29,364 nt of DNA, from positions 1-29,364 of the forward strand of contig JAVYLZ010000001.1 in NCBI GenBank assembly GCA_038740245.1, given 5' to 3'. Position 1 is the first letter of the stretch, and every line of letters begins with the position of its first letter. Both the position numbers and the translations under genes were made by a program. This DNA comes from Candidatus Micrarchaeia archaeon. GTDB taxonomy: Archaea; Micrarchaeota; Micrarchaeia; CAILAH01. Shown here piece by piece: positions 16,694 through 25,682 of this stretch. The notes under the pieces are model-generated. The model searched no databases. It was given only the letters and a program-made list of their open reading frames with translations, and was not told the DNA's origin.

Positions 16694-17404
16694 ATGAAGC
16701 CGATAATAACACTCTCTATAGGCGGGAGCATGCTCATCCCCGCCACGCCGGCTGGCCCCGAGCCGGACTTTGGGTACATACGCGCGCTGGGCAAGATGCT
16801 GGTGCGCCTGTCATCCAAGTACAAGTTTGCAATCGTGACGGGCGGCGGTGCGGCCGCGCGCATCTACTCAAAGGGCATACGCGAATTGTCGGGAAACGAG
16901 TTTATGGCCGACCAGGCCGCGATACTCACAACGTGGCAGAACGCCTACCTTTTGCTTTCAGTGCTTGAGGGCAAGGCTTACAAGGCGCTGCCAAGGACGT
17001 TTGATGAGGCCGCGCAGGCGTTTGAGTCAAGCGACATAGTGATTATGGGAGGCACGCTGCCGGGCATCACAACAGATACGGATGCTGTGCTGTTTGGGGA
17101 GCGCGTGGGCTCAAAGCGGATTGTGAACGTGAGCAACGTTGATGCAATTTATACAGCAGACCCGCGCAAGGACAGCACGGCCCGCAAAATCCCAAGGATG
17201 ACCCACTCAGAGCTTGCAATGATGGCTGCGCAGAGCGACACACGCAAGGCGGGCGAGAACTTCGTGTTTGACATGCTCGCGTGCAAATTGCTTTCAAGGG
17301 CCGGGATGGAGGCGCACTTTGTGAGCGGCAAGAACCTCAAGGACCTTGAGAATGCGATTCAGGGCAAGAGGCACAGCGGCACTGTTGTCGTGCCGGACAA
17401 ATGA
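16694..17404 (+). CDS. pyrH: UMP kinase
   Basis: SIGGS, VTGGGAAAR, GGTLPGITTD, NVDAIYTADPRK, terminal GT motif. Confidence 0.95.
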   Translation: MKPIITLSIGGSMLIPATPAGPEPDFGYIRALGKMLVRLSSKYKFAIVTGGGAAARIYSKGIRELSGNEFMADQAAILTTWQNAYLLLSVLEGKAYKALPRTFDEAAQAFESSDIVIMGGTLPGITTDTDAVLFGERVGSKRIVNVSNVDAIYTADPRKDSTARKIPRMTHSELAMMAAQSDTRKAGENFVFDMLACKLLSRAGMEAHFVSGKNLKDLENAIQGKRHSGTVVVPDK

Positions 17405-17427
17405 AAAATGGGCCAATAAAAAATTAG

Positions 17428-18096
17428 CTAAAGCTCCCACTGGCCCTTGAATGAGACCGTTTTGGCGCCGAGGTCCTTGAGCTCGCGCGCCACAAGCGCA
17501 ACTGCAGTGGAGTCCCTGGCCCTCTTCTCGTCATACTTGTTGGAGCCAAGGTCAATTTCCACACTGTCGCCGCTTGCCTTTACATTGCATTTCATCTCGT
17601 ACTTGTCGGCTAGCAGCTGCGCCTTCTCCTCAAGCGTTTTTGCGGCCTTAAGCACTTTCACGGAGTATTTCAGCGTAACGCCCGCAAGCGGGTGGTTGAA
17701 GTCCACCACCACACGGCCGCTGTTCACCGCCTTGATTGTGGCTGGCGTATCGTCAATGTTTACAACCTGCCCTGGCACGGGGTTCATGCCCGCCTCCCTG
17801 AACTGGCGCAGCGGGATTATGCGCACAAGATTGTCGTTGCGCTGGCCGAACGATTTCTCGGGGGGCACCTCAAACTCCTTTGACGCGCCCTCGTTTATGC
17901 CCACGAGCTGCTCATCAACGCCCTGCAGCACGTCACCCGCGCCCACACGCACCACTGCCGGCCCGTACCGCTTCTTTGGGTCGTATATCCCGCCCTTTTT
18001 GGCGGCCTCTGCATCAGTGGTGTCAACGAGCGCACCGCTGCTTTTCATGTATGCTGAATACTCAACCTTGACAAGGTCTCCCTTTTCAGTTGCCAT
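17428..18096 (-). CDS. slyD: FKBP-type peptidyl-prolyl isomerase, long archaeal SlyD-like
   Basis: GDLVKVEY, VDTT, VPPEKSFG, VDFNHPLAG plus C-terminal extension. Confidence 0.95.
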   Translation of the reverse strand: MATEKGDLVKVEYSAYMKSSGALVDTTDAEAAKKGGIYDPKKRYGPAVVRVGAGDVLQGVDEQLVGINEGASKEFEVPPEKSFGQRNDNLVRIIPLRQFREAGMNPVPGQVVNIDDTPATIKAVNSGRVVVDFNHPLAGVTLKYSVKVLKAAKTLEEKAQLLADKYEMKCNVKASGDSVEIDLGSNKYDEKRARDSTAVALVARELKDLGAKTVSFKGQWEL

Positions 18097-18202
18097 TTAA
18101 TGCACCTTTGCTGGTGCTATTTGAGCCATATAATACTTTAAAAGATTCCCTGCCAGCCAAGCGGGCGCACTGCTTTAAACATTTCCAATTTTATCTAATG
18201 CC

Positions 18203-19447
18203 ATGGGCTTCAGCATAACACGCAGCCAGGCAATACAGGCGATTGTGGTATTGGTTGCACTGGCGTTCATACTGTCCACGATAAGCACGTGGTTTTCAGG
18301 AAGCGGTGCACACCAGCCGCCCTCGGTTACCCCTTCCACCAATGGGAGCGTTGATGTAGAGGGGGTTGTCGCGAGCGGCACGGTACTCCTTAAGCTTGAC
18401 GCATACAGCCCGGTCATAAGGATAGTTGGGCCGTCCGCTGAGGCTAAGGAGTACGTCTCGCAGCTGCAGGCAAACGGCACGGTCACCTATGTGGACTGGG
18501 GCAGCCAGCAGTACACCACAATAGCGCTTTCAGACGGCGCGCATGCGTATGATGTTGGCAGGCAGCTGAGGAAGCTGAGCCCGAACTCAACAATTATGCT
18601 TGAGGTGTACGTGTCAAGCGATAGGGAATTTTCGTTTGCGGGCGCAAACGGCACGGTGCGCGCGAGGATACCGCGCAGCAAGACCACTATAATGTACCCG
18701 CAAAAGGTGGGCTCAGAGATACCGTTCAAGGCGCTTGTGCAGGTGTACGAGGGCCAGGTGATTGCGGGGAAGCTGACACCGCTTGCAATAGAGAAGGATG
18801 TCACCCTGCCTGTCATTGTGAATTCGCTCGGGGACAAATATTATGCACGCCTGTTTTTCAGCTGGCACGACCGCGTTGCAGTCAACGAGTCCATACAGGA
18901 CCTTGTGCAGCTGCTTGAGTCCGCCGGCGCAGAAAACGTTCAGACCAACTTCAAGAGGGATGACACTGTTTACCTGAGCAGGCCGGTTGAGAATGATGAG
19001 GATACCCGGCTAAAGGAGCTGCTTCCAGGAATAAAGGCAATCCAGATGACACGCCTGATAATATACAGCAACTACTCATATAGCGAGGATGAGGTCAGTG
19101 ATGCAGTGCACGCGGCTATGGGTAATGATACGGAAGTCACTTTCTCAATGCCCATGCTTGAGCTTGCGTTCAGCAGCAGTTCAGGAGATGATGGGGCCAT
19201 AGCGCAGGCGTTCTCAAGCTACACGTACAAGCCGCTCAAGCAGTACGTATACCGGCTTGCAAACGTGAGCACCGGAGGCATTTCAGTGAAGTTTGGCAAT
19301 GATGAGTATTATGTTGAGGAGATGAGGCGCACGCTGTGGGTGCCGCTTGGCGCCGAAGAAGGTTCAATGCAGCCGCTGGACTTTACGGCCGATGTGCTCG
19401 GCGAGGATATAGTGTCCGTTGAGCAGAAGCTGCCTGATGGCAGATAG
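18203..19447 (+). CDS. Hypothetical N-terminally anchored extracellular (glyco)protein
   Basis: 414-aa ORF, single N-terminal hydrophobic helix, Pro/Ser linker, 8 N-x-S/T sequons; no family recognised. Confidence 0.8.
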   Translation: MGFSITRSQAIQAIVVLVALAFILSTISTWFSGSGAHQPPSVTPSTNGSVDVEGVVASGTVLLKLDAYSPVIRIVGPSAEAKEYVSQLQANGTVTYVDWGSQQYTTIALSDGAHAYDVGRQLRKLSPNSTIMLEVYVSSDREFSFAGANGTVRARIPRSKTTIMYPQKVGSEIPFKALVQVYEGQVIAGKLTPLAIEKDVTLPVIVNSLGDKYYARLFFSWHDRVAVNESIQDLVQLLESAGAENVQTNFKRDDTVYLSRPVENDEDTRLKELLPGIKAIQMTRLIIYSNYSYSEDEVSDAVHAAMGNDTEVTFSMPMLELAFSSSSGDDGAIAQAFSSYTYKPLKQYVYRLANVSTGGISVKFGNDEYYVEEMRRTLWVPLGAEEGSMQPLDFTADVLGEDIVSVEQKLPDGR

Positions 19448-19503
19448 CGGCAAAAGCCCGCCCTCTCTTTTATTTAATTTGCCGGGCATATTTCTGCGTG
19501 CCA

Positions 19504-19875
19504 ATGAGGAGCTATTCAAAGGGCGCGCGGTTTGAGCGCGAGCTTGCAGACCTGCTTGTGCAGAAGGGATTTATGGTGGTGCGTGCAGCCGGGTCGGGGG
19601 TATACACCACAGCACCGGACCTTCTGGCATTCAGGAAAAGCGAGAGCTACGTGTTTGAGTGCAAGGCGTGGAACAGCGGCAGGCTCGCATTGCGCAGGGA
19701 GCAGTTTGCACTGCTTAAGGAATGGGAGGAGAAGACGAGCGTTTCTGCATATGTTGCGTGGCGCGTGCCGCGCAAGGGCTGGCTGTTCATACGGCCGGCC
19801 GAGCTGAGCGAGAATGCATCAATCTCGCTTGAGAAAGCGCAAATGATAGGGCGCACGATTGACCAGCTGGTATAA
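19504..19875 (+). CDS. hjc: Holliday junction resolvase Hjc
   Basis: KGARFERE, VVRAAGSG, PDLLA, FECK (PD-(D/E)xK) motifs. Confidence 0.93.
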   Translation: MRSYSKGARFERELADLLVQKGFMVVRAAGSGVYTTAPDLLAFRKSESYVFECKAWNSGRLALRREQFALLKEWEEKTSVSAYVAWRVPRKGWLFIRPAELSENASISLEKAQMIGRTIDQLV

Positions 19876-19923
19876 CACTTGCGGCAAAAGAAAATTGCAA
19901 TTATGTGGCTTGTGGTGCAAGGT

Positions 19924-20919
19924 ATGCTTGCGTTGAGGGTTCATAAAAAGGATGGTGAGGCTACACGCAGGGAGCTGGTGCGGCTCGGGCTGCTCAGCGA
20001 GGACTATTCAATAGGGCATGACGGCGACTATCTCCTGTTTCCGCTAAAATCAGCTGACAGCCCTTTCCTCAAAGGCAAGGAAATTGTTGATGTTGAGCTT
20101 GAGCGGCGTGAACGGCAGCCGCAGTCGCTGCCAGACGCGCTGGAAGGGTGCGGCCTGCGGGCGTTTGATGTAATCGGCGACATTGCAGTGGTTGAGATCC
20201 CAGACCACCTCAAACCGCGCGAGCGTGAGATAGGTGAGACGCTGCTGAGGATGCACCGCAGCCTGAAGACCGTAGTTGCAAAGGAAAGCGGGGTGAGCGG
20301 CGAGTACCGCGTGCGCCAGGTGAGGCACATTGCCGGCGAGGAAAAGACCGAGACGGTGCACAGGGAGCACGGCTGCAAGTTTCTTGTGGACGTCTCAAAA
20401 GTTTATTTCTCTCCGCGGCTGTCGCACGAGCGGCTGCGCATCGCACAGCAGGTGCATGAAAACGAGAACGTGCTTGTGCTGTTCGGCGGTGTGGGGCCGT
20501 TTGCAATAGTAATTGCAAAGATGCATCCCTCCGCGCGCGTCTACTCAATTGAGCTTAACCCAGAAGGGCACCGATATGCGCTTGAGAACGCGCGCCTCAA
20601 CAGGCTGAAAAACGTCGTGCCGGTGCTCGGTGATGTACGCGAGGTTCTCAGGGACAGGCGGTTTTGGGGCTGGGCGGACCGCATCGTAATGCCTTTACCG
20701 AAGGACGCACTCTCATTTCTGCCGGATGTGGCGCACACTGCAAAGCCCGGCTGTATAATACACGCATATGCATTCTGCCAGAAAGGGCGGGAGGCCGAGC
20801 TCGCAGAGGAGGCCAGGCGCCTGCTTGGCAGACCCTGCGAAATAGTATACTCAAGGCGCGTGCGAACATATTCGCCCGAGACAGACCAGTACGTGCTTGA
20901 CATGCGCGTTTTGGAATGA
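19924..20919 (+). CDS. trm5: tRNA (guanine37-N1) methyltransferase, Trm5 family
   Basis: N-terminal D1 domain, FDVIGDIA, GEYRVR, HREHG, VYFSPRL..ER, LFGGVGPF, IELNP, DRIVMPLP; ATG 19924 chosen. Confidence 0.92.
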   Translation: MLALRVHKKDGEATRRELVRLGLLSEDYSIGHDGDYLLFPLKSADSPFLKGKEIVDVELERRERQPQSLPDALEGCGLRAFDVIGDIAVVEIPDHLKPREREIGETLLRMHRSLKTVVAKESGVSGEYRVRQVRHIAGEEKTETVHREHGCKFLVDVSKVYFSPRLSHERLRIAQQVHENENVLVLFGGVGPFAIVIAKMHPSARVYSIELNPEGHRYALENARLNRLKNVVPVLGDVREVLRDRRFWGWADRIVMPLPKDALSFLPDVAHTAKPGCIIHAYAFCQKGREAELAEEARRLLGRPCEIVYSRRVRTYSPETDQYVLDMRVLE

Positions 20920-20986
20920 TTTATTTGCCCGCGCCGCCCACCGCATGCAATTTGGCAGCCACCCGTGTAGGCGGCAACCGTTGTTA

Positions 20987-21427
20987 TCAGGTTTTTTTAA
21001 TCCGCTCCCTTAGGATATCCGCGCGTGCCTGCATTGCAACCTCTGCAGCGGAAACTATCTCCTTAAACGAGGCGATTTTTTGGTCTGCAGGCAGGCCGCC
21101 GGCAGATGCTTTCTCAATCTCGGACAGCCCAACAGCGTATATATCCTCAATATCCTTAATTGCGCGCCTGATATCACTTCCCAAACTTGGGCCCGCCTGC
21201 GCATACAATTTGTCTAGCTCGTTAAGCCTGCGTTCAAGCGCATTATCAAGCCGCTTAAGCGCCTCACGCCGCTCGCGCTCCTCCGCGATTATTGCCGAGA
21301 TTTTGGCTATGCCGTTCTGCACTGAGTAAAGGAACTCATTGATTAGGTTTGACTCGGATATGAGGTTGCTGGCCTTTTCCTCAGCGCTCCTGTCCTGCTT
21401 CTCGGCAACATACGCCATATTCCACAT
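20987..21427 (-). CDS. Hypothetical helical/coiled-coil protein
   Basis: 146-aa charged, Ala/Glu/Ile-rich ORF filling the gap between trm5 and the NFACT gene; start may be 21418. Confidence 0.7.
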   Translation of the reverse strand: MWNMAYVAEKQDRSAEEKASNLISESNLINEFLYSVQNGIAKISAIIAEERERREALKRLDNALERRLNELDKLYAQAGPSLGSDIRRAIKDIEDIYAVGLSEIEKASAGGLPADQKIASFKEIVSAAEVAMQARADILRERIKKT

Positions 21428-21471
21428 ATCTCCCCGCTTTATTTTAAATGTTGCAGGGCCTTAATACCCAT

Positions 21472-22566
21472 ATGCAGCTCGCCGACCTTGAATACACCTA
21501 CATTGCAGGAGAGCTCGACGCAAAGCTTAGCGGCGCAAGGGTCGGCAAGGCATACCAGATAACCGAATCGCTGTTCAAGATACAGTTCTCCGGTAAGGAT
21601 GGGAAGCACACGCTCGTTGTGCAGCTCCCGGATTACCTCACACTGACCTCCCGTGATATCCCCTCACCGCAGCAGCCGTCCAGCTTCATTATGGCACTGC
21701 GCAAGCGCATTGAGAATGCAGTTGTTGAAGGTGTTTCCCAGCCAGGTGCCGAGCGCATAATCGTAATCTCGCTTGACTGCAAGGGCCAGAAGTGCCGCCT
21801 GATACTTGAGATGTTCTCAAACGGCAACATAATCTTCTGTGTCGGGGATGATATTGACTTGATTTACAGGAGGGAAAGCTGGCGTGACCGTGAGCTGCGC
21901 AAGGGTGTGAGGTATGTGCCTCCTCCTAGCAAGGTGCCGCCGCTTGAGGCCACAGCGGGCATGCTTTCGCTGAACGGCAAGGCAACGCTCATCTCAGGGA
22001 TAATGTCGGTTGTTGCACTGGCCCCCAAGTACTTGGAGGAAGCGATGGTGCGTGCGGGTATCCCGCCAAAATCCAAGGATGAGCCAAGCGCCTCGGAAAA
22101 GGAGCGGCTGATGATGGCCGTACGCGAGGTGTGCACAGAGCAGAAGTACGTGGCGTACCTTGAAGGCGGTGCAGTAAAGGATTATGCGGTTTGCACGCTT
22201 TCAAGATACTCCGGCCTTGAGCAGAAGCTGTTTGGCAGCGTGTGCGGGCTCGTTGATTACGCGTATGAGCCGCAGCTCGCCGCTGCTAGGCAGGATGGCG
22301 AGAGCCTGAAGAAAAAGGAAGCCGCCGAGCAGGCGATGCGCAGCCGCCTCACTGAGCTTGAGGCGGAGGCCGTGCAGTGCAAGCAAGCTGGCGACTGGAT
22401 ATACAGCCGCTACAGCGAAGTTGAGAGGGCGCTGGGGATTGCAGCAAAAATGCACAGGCAAAATAAGAGCGACGAGGAGATATCACAGGAAGTTGCAAAA
22501 GTGCTCCCCGGGGCACGGTTTAAGGATGGCAGGATTATTGTACCGTTTGAAAATGATGTTAAGTAA
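21472..22566 (+). CDS. Rqc2/RqcH (NFACT) family protein, N-terminal part only
   Basis: PSSFIMALRKRI, QPGAERII, LILEMFSNGNIIF, WRDRELRKGVRYVPPP, LAPKYLEEA (HhH), GDWIYSRYSEVE; no NFACT-R domain. Confidence 0.88.
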   Translation: MQLADLEYTYIAGELDAKLSGARVGKAYQITESLFKIQFSGKDGKHTLVVQLPDYLTLTSRDIPSPQQPSSFIMALRKRIENAVVEGVSQPGAERIIVISLDCKGQKCRLILEMFSNGNIIFCVGDDIDLIYRRESWRDRELRKGVRYVPPPSKVPPLEATAGMLSLNGKATLISGIMSVVALAPKYLEEAMVRAGIPPKSKDEPSASEKERLMMAVREVCTEQKYVAYLEGGAVKDYAVCTLSRYSGLEQKLFGSVCGLVDYAYEPQLAAARQDGESLKKKEAAEQAMRSRLTELEAEAVQCKQAGDWIYSRYSEVERALGIAAKMHRQNKSDEEISQEVAKVLPGARFKDGRIIVPFENDVK

Positions 22567-22575
22567 GGTGATGTT

Positions 22576-24606
22576 GTGGGCAAGTTTTACATTACAACTG
22601 CAATACCATACGTGAATGCGGCGCCGCATATAGGGCACGCGCTTGAGTTTGTGCAGACCGATGCAATTGCACGCTACCGCCGCCTGCGCGGCGATGATGT
22701 TGCGCTTGTGACAGGTGCGGATGAGAACAGCCTCAAGAATGTGCAGGCCGCCGAGGCAAAGGGAATAACGCCGCAACAGCTGTGCGAGCAGAACGCAGCG
22801 CTGTTCAGGAAGATGGCCGACGCAATCGGCCTGTCATACACGAGTTTTGTGCGGACGTCGGTTTCGCAGGGGCACTTCGCAGGCGTCAGGGATATGTGGG
22901 AACGCTGCGCCAGGGCCGGCGATATTTACAAGAAAAATTACAGGGGCCTCTACTGCGTAGGGTGCGAGGCGTTCCTTACCGAGAGCGAGCTCGTGGATGG
23001 CATGTGCCCCGAGCATAAGAAAGTGCCCGAGGTGGTTGAGGAGGAGAATTACTTTTTCAGGCTTTCAAAGTACCAGAAGCGGCTTGAGGAACTGATTGAG
23101 AGCGGGCGACTCAAAGTTGTTCCTGAATCTAGGATGAACGAGATGCTGCATTTTGTGCGCGAAGGCCTTGAGGATTTCAGCATATCGCGCTCAGTGAAGC
23201 GCGCGAAGGGATGGGGTGTGCCCGTCCCCGGCGACGAGTCGCAGATAATGTATGTATGGTTTGATGCGCTCGGCACTTACATAACGGGGATTGGCTACGG
23301 CTCGGATAAGAACGAGTTTAAGAGGTGGTGGCCGGCCGATGCGCACGTGATAGGCAAAGGCATCCTGCGCTTCCATGCAATATACTGGCCAGCAATGCTG
23401 CTCTCAATGGGCGAGCAGCTGCCCACGGGGATTATGGTCCACGGGTATGTCACTGTTGAGGGCCAGAAGATGAGCAAATCTCTCGGGAATATTGTTGATC
23501 CCATGCACCTCATAGAAAAGTACGGGCAGGACGCCGTCAGGTATTGCCTGCTAAGCGAGATATCAACGTTTGATGACGGGGATTTCTCGGAGCGTGCGCT
23601 TGCAGAGCGCAACAACAACGAGCTTGTGGCCAACTTAGGTAATCTTGCAAATAGAGTCTTTATATTCACGCACAATAATTTTGACGGGCATGTGCCTTCA
23701 TGTTCGCCAAACAACGAAGATATTGCGTTCATGTCTGAGCAGAAGGAGAAGGGTTTGCGTGTATCACATCTAATGGACAGTTACCGGATAAAAGATGCGC
23801 TTGCAGTTGTAATGGAGTTTTCAAGCAGCGCTAACAAGTACTTCCAGCAAAATGAGCCGTGGAAATTAATAAAATCAGACAGGGCACGTGCAGCCACTGT
23901 GATGGCCGTGCTCATAAACCAGGTCAAGGACCTTGCAATACTTATTGAGCCGTTCATGCCGCACGCAAGCGCCGAGTTGTTCAGACAGCTTGGCATATCC
24001 CCGCGCAAGTGGGACGACATCGGCACTCTTTCGCTTAAGGAAGGGCATGCGCTCGGTGCGCACGCGCCATTATTCAGGAAAATTGAGGTTGAGGCGGCAG
24101 CGGTGCAGCAGAAGGCCAAGGCACCCCAAGCAGGCATCTCAATAGATGATGTGTGCCTTGAGGTCGGCGAGATAATCTCGGTTGAGAAGCACCCGAACGC
24201 GGAGAAGCTGCTCATTGAAAGGGTGCGCATGGGCACGGGCGGGCGGCAGATTGTATCGGGGCTTGTTGGCCACTATACGCCCGAGCAATTGGTTGGCAAG
24301 AAAGTGATAATAGTGGCCAACCTCAAGCCGGCCGTGCTCAGAGGGGTGAAATCCGAGGGCATGCTGCTCGCCGCAGAATCCGCAGGCGCGGTTGAGGTTC
24401 TTGAATTACCTGCAGCTGAGCCGGGCGCGCGTGCAGTTCGTGAAGGTGGCACGGCGCGGGATTCATACAGGGAAATTACCATAAATGAGTTCCAAAAGGT
24501 GCCGCTTGAAATCCGCAACGGAGTGCTATACTCTGGCGACAAACGTGTGCTGGTTAGCGGGCAGCCAGTGAAAACTTTACGTATAAGTAACGGTAATGTA
24601 TGCTAG
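22576..24606 (+). CDS. metG: Methionyl-tRNA synthetase with C-terminal Trbp111-like domain
   Basis: PHIGH, YVWFDAL, KMSKS; C-terminal HPNAEKL, RQIVSG, NLKPA..RGVKSEGMLL; GTG start after an AGGTGA SD. Confidence 0.97.
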   Translation: MGKFYITTAIPYVNAAPHIGHALEFVQTDAIARYRRLRGDDVALVTGADENSLKNVQAAEAKGITPQQLCEQNAALFRKMADAIGLSYTSFVRTSVSQGHFAGVRDMWERCARAGDIYKKNYRGLYCVGCEAFLTESELVDGMCPEHKKVPEVVEEENYFFRLSKYQKRLEELIESGRLKVVPESRMNEMLHFVREGLEDFSISRSVKRAKGWGVPVPGDESQIMYVWFDALGTYITGIGYGSDKNEFKRWWPADAHVIGKGILRFHAIYWPAMLLSMGEQLPTGIMVHGYVTVEGQKMSKSLGNIVDPMHLIEKYGQDAVRYCLLSEISTFDDGDFSERALAERNNNELVANLGNLANRVFIFTHNNFDGHVPSCSPNNEDIAFMSEQKEKGLRVSHLMDSYRIKDALAVVMEFSSSANKYFQQNEPWKLIKSDRARAATVMAVLINQVKDLAILIEPFMPHASAELFRQLGISPRKWDDIGTLSLKEGHALGAHAPLFRKIEVEAAAVQQKAKAPQAGISIDDVCLEVGEIISVEKHPNAEKLLIERVRMGTGGRQIVSGLVGHYTPEQLVGKKVIIVANLKPAVLRGVKSEGMLLAAESAGAVEVLELPAAEPGARAVREGGTARDSYREITINEFQKVPLEIRNGVLYSGDKRVLVSGQPVKTLRISNGNVC

Positions 24607-24689
24607 GCCGTTTTTAGGGGGTTGTTAAAGCGAGTTCGGCAAAAGCTTATATAACTCGGCAGGCACCGAATTGCAGCCCCACTCTTACA

Positions 24690-24697
24690 TTTAAATA
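24690..24697 (+). promoter_or_regulatory. TATA box for PRC-barrel gene
   Basis: TTTAAATA 35 nt before the ATG; AGGTGG SD at 24723-24728. Confidence 0.6.
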
Positions 24698-24732
24698 GTT
24701 TATTGCGTATTGTTAGCTGTTAAGGTGGTTTT

Positions 24733-24999
24733 ATGCCGAAATATGTTATAGCTAAACAGCTCGCAGGCAAGAAGATCATAACCAGTGATGGTGAGGACCT
24801 TGGCAGGCTTGTGGACATAAAGGTTGCCGAAGTCGGCGGCCGTCTCCAGACGCTTGTTATTGAGCCAAGCGCGGACAGCCCGGTTGCATCAAGGCTGCAG
24901 AGGGATGACCAGGGCCACTCGCTAGTGCCTTATGATTCCGTGATGGCGGTCTCTGATTTCGTAATAGTTGACAAGAAGACCATACCGCTCCAGGGCTAA
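24733..24999 (+). CDS. Stand-alone PRC-barrel protein (CdpB-like)
   Basis: LAGKKIITSDGEDLGRLVDI ... VPYDSVMAVSDFVIV PRC-barrel pattern. Confidence 0.9.
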   Translation: MPKYVIAKQLAGKKIITSDGEDLGRLVDIKVAEVGGRLQTLVIEPSADSPVASRLQRDDQGHSLVPYDSVMAVSDFVIVDKKTIPLQG

Positions 25000-25038
25000 C
25001 CGGAGCATTTTTAGTATTTTAACACTTAACTAATCCTT

Positions 25039-25677
25039 ATGATTGCGGGTATGGATGAGGCGGGCAGGGGCTCAGTGCTCGGCCCGCTTGCAATTTCCGT
25101 GGTGGCCGGCCGCGAAAAGGACTTCTTATCGCTGGGGCTCAAGGACTCAAAGCTGCTCACGCGCGAGCAGCGCGAGGAGCTTTATCCAGAAATAACGAAA
25201 AAGTTCTACCACGCAACCGTGCTCGTAACCGCTGCAGAATTGAACGAGCTTATGAAAACGCATTCGCTCAACGAGATTGAGGCGATGAAGGGCGCATACC
25301 TGCTTGATGAGATGCCGCACAAGTGCAGGGAGGTTATAGTTGACTCGCCGGACCCGCACGCGCACAAGTTTGCCGAGCGCATACTGTCTCACTCATCAAA
25401 GAAGCACACCATACGTGCCGAGCACAAGGCGGACTTCAATTACCCGGTTGTGAGCGCAGCCTCAATAGTCGCAAAGGTGCGGCGTGACTGGGAGATTGAC
25501 AGGATACGTGAGGAGCTGCGCCTTAATTTCTCCTCAGGGTACCCGTCAGACGAGGCAACAGTTGATGCGGTGCGCGAGATGCTGCGCACAGGAAAAGGAA
25601 AACAGTACGTGCGCATGCGCTGGAGCACCGTTGAGAGCATCCTTGCAAACCAGCAGAAGCTTCACGACTATTTTTAA
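25039..25677 (+). CDS. rnhB: Ribonuclease HII
   Basis: GMDEAGRG, LKDSK, VDSPD, HKAD, VSAASIVAK, SGYPSD; C-terminal PIP box QQKLHDYF. Confidence 0.97.
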   Translation: MIAGMDEAGRGSVLGPLAISVVAGREKDFLSLGLKDSKLLTREQREELYPEITKKFYHATVLVTAAELNELMKTHSLNEIEAMKGAYLLDEMPHKCREVIVDSPDPHAHKFAERILSHSSKKHTIRAEHKADFNYPVVSAASIVAKVRRDWEIDRIREELRLNFSSGYPSDEATVDAVREMLRTGKGKQYVRMRWSTVESILANQQKLHDYF

Positions 25678-25682
25678 GTGCA

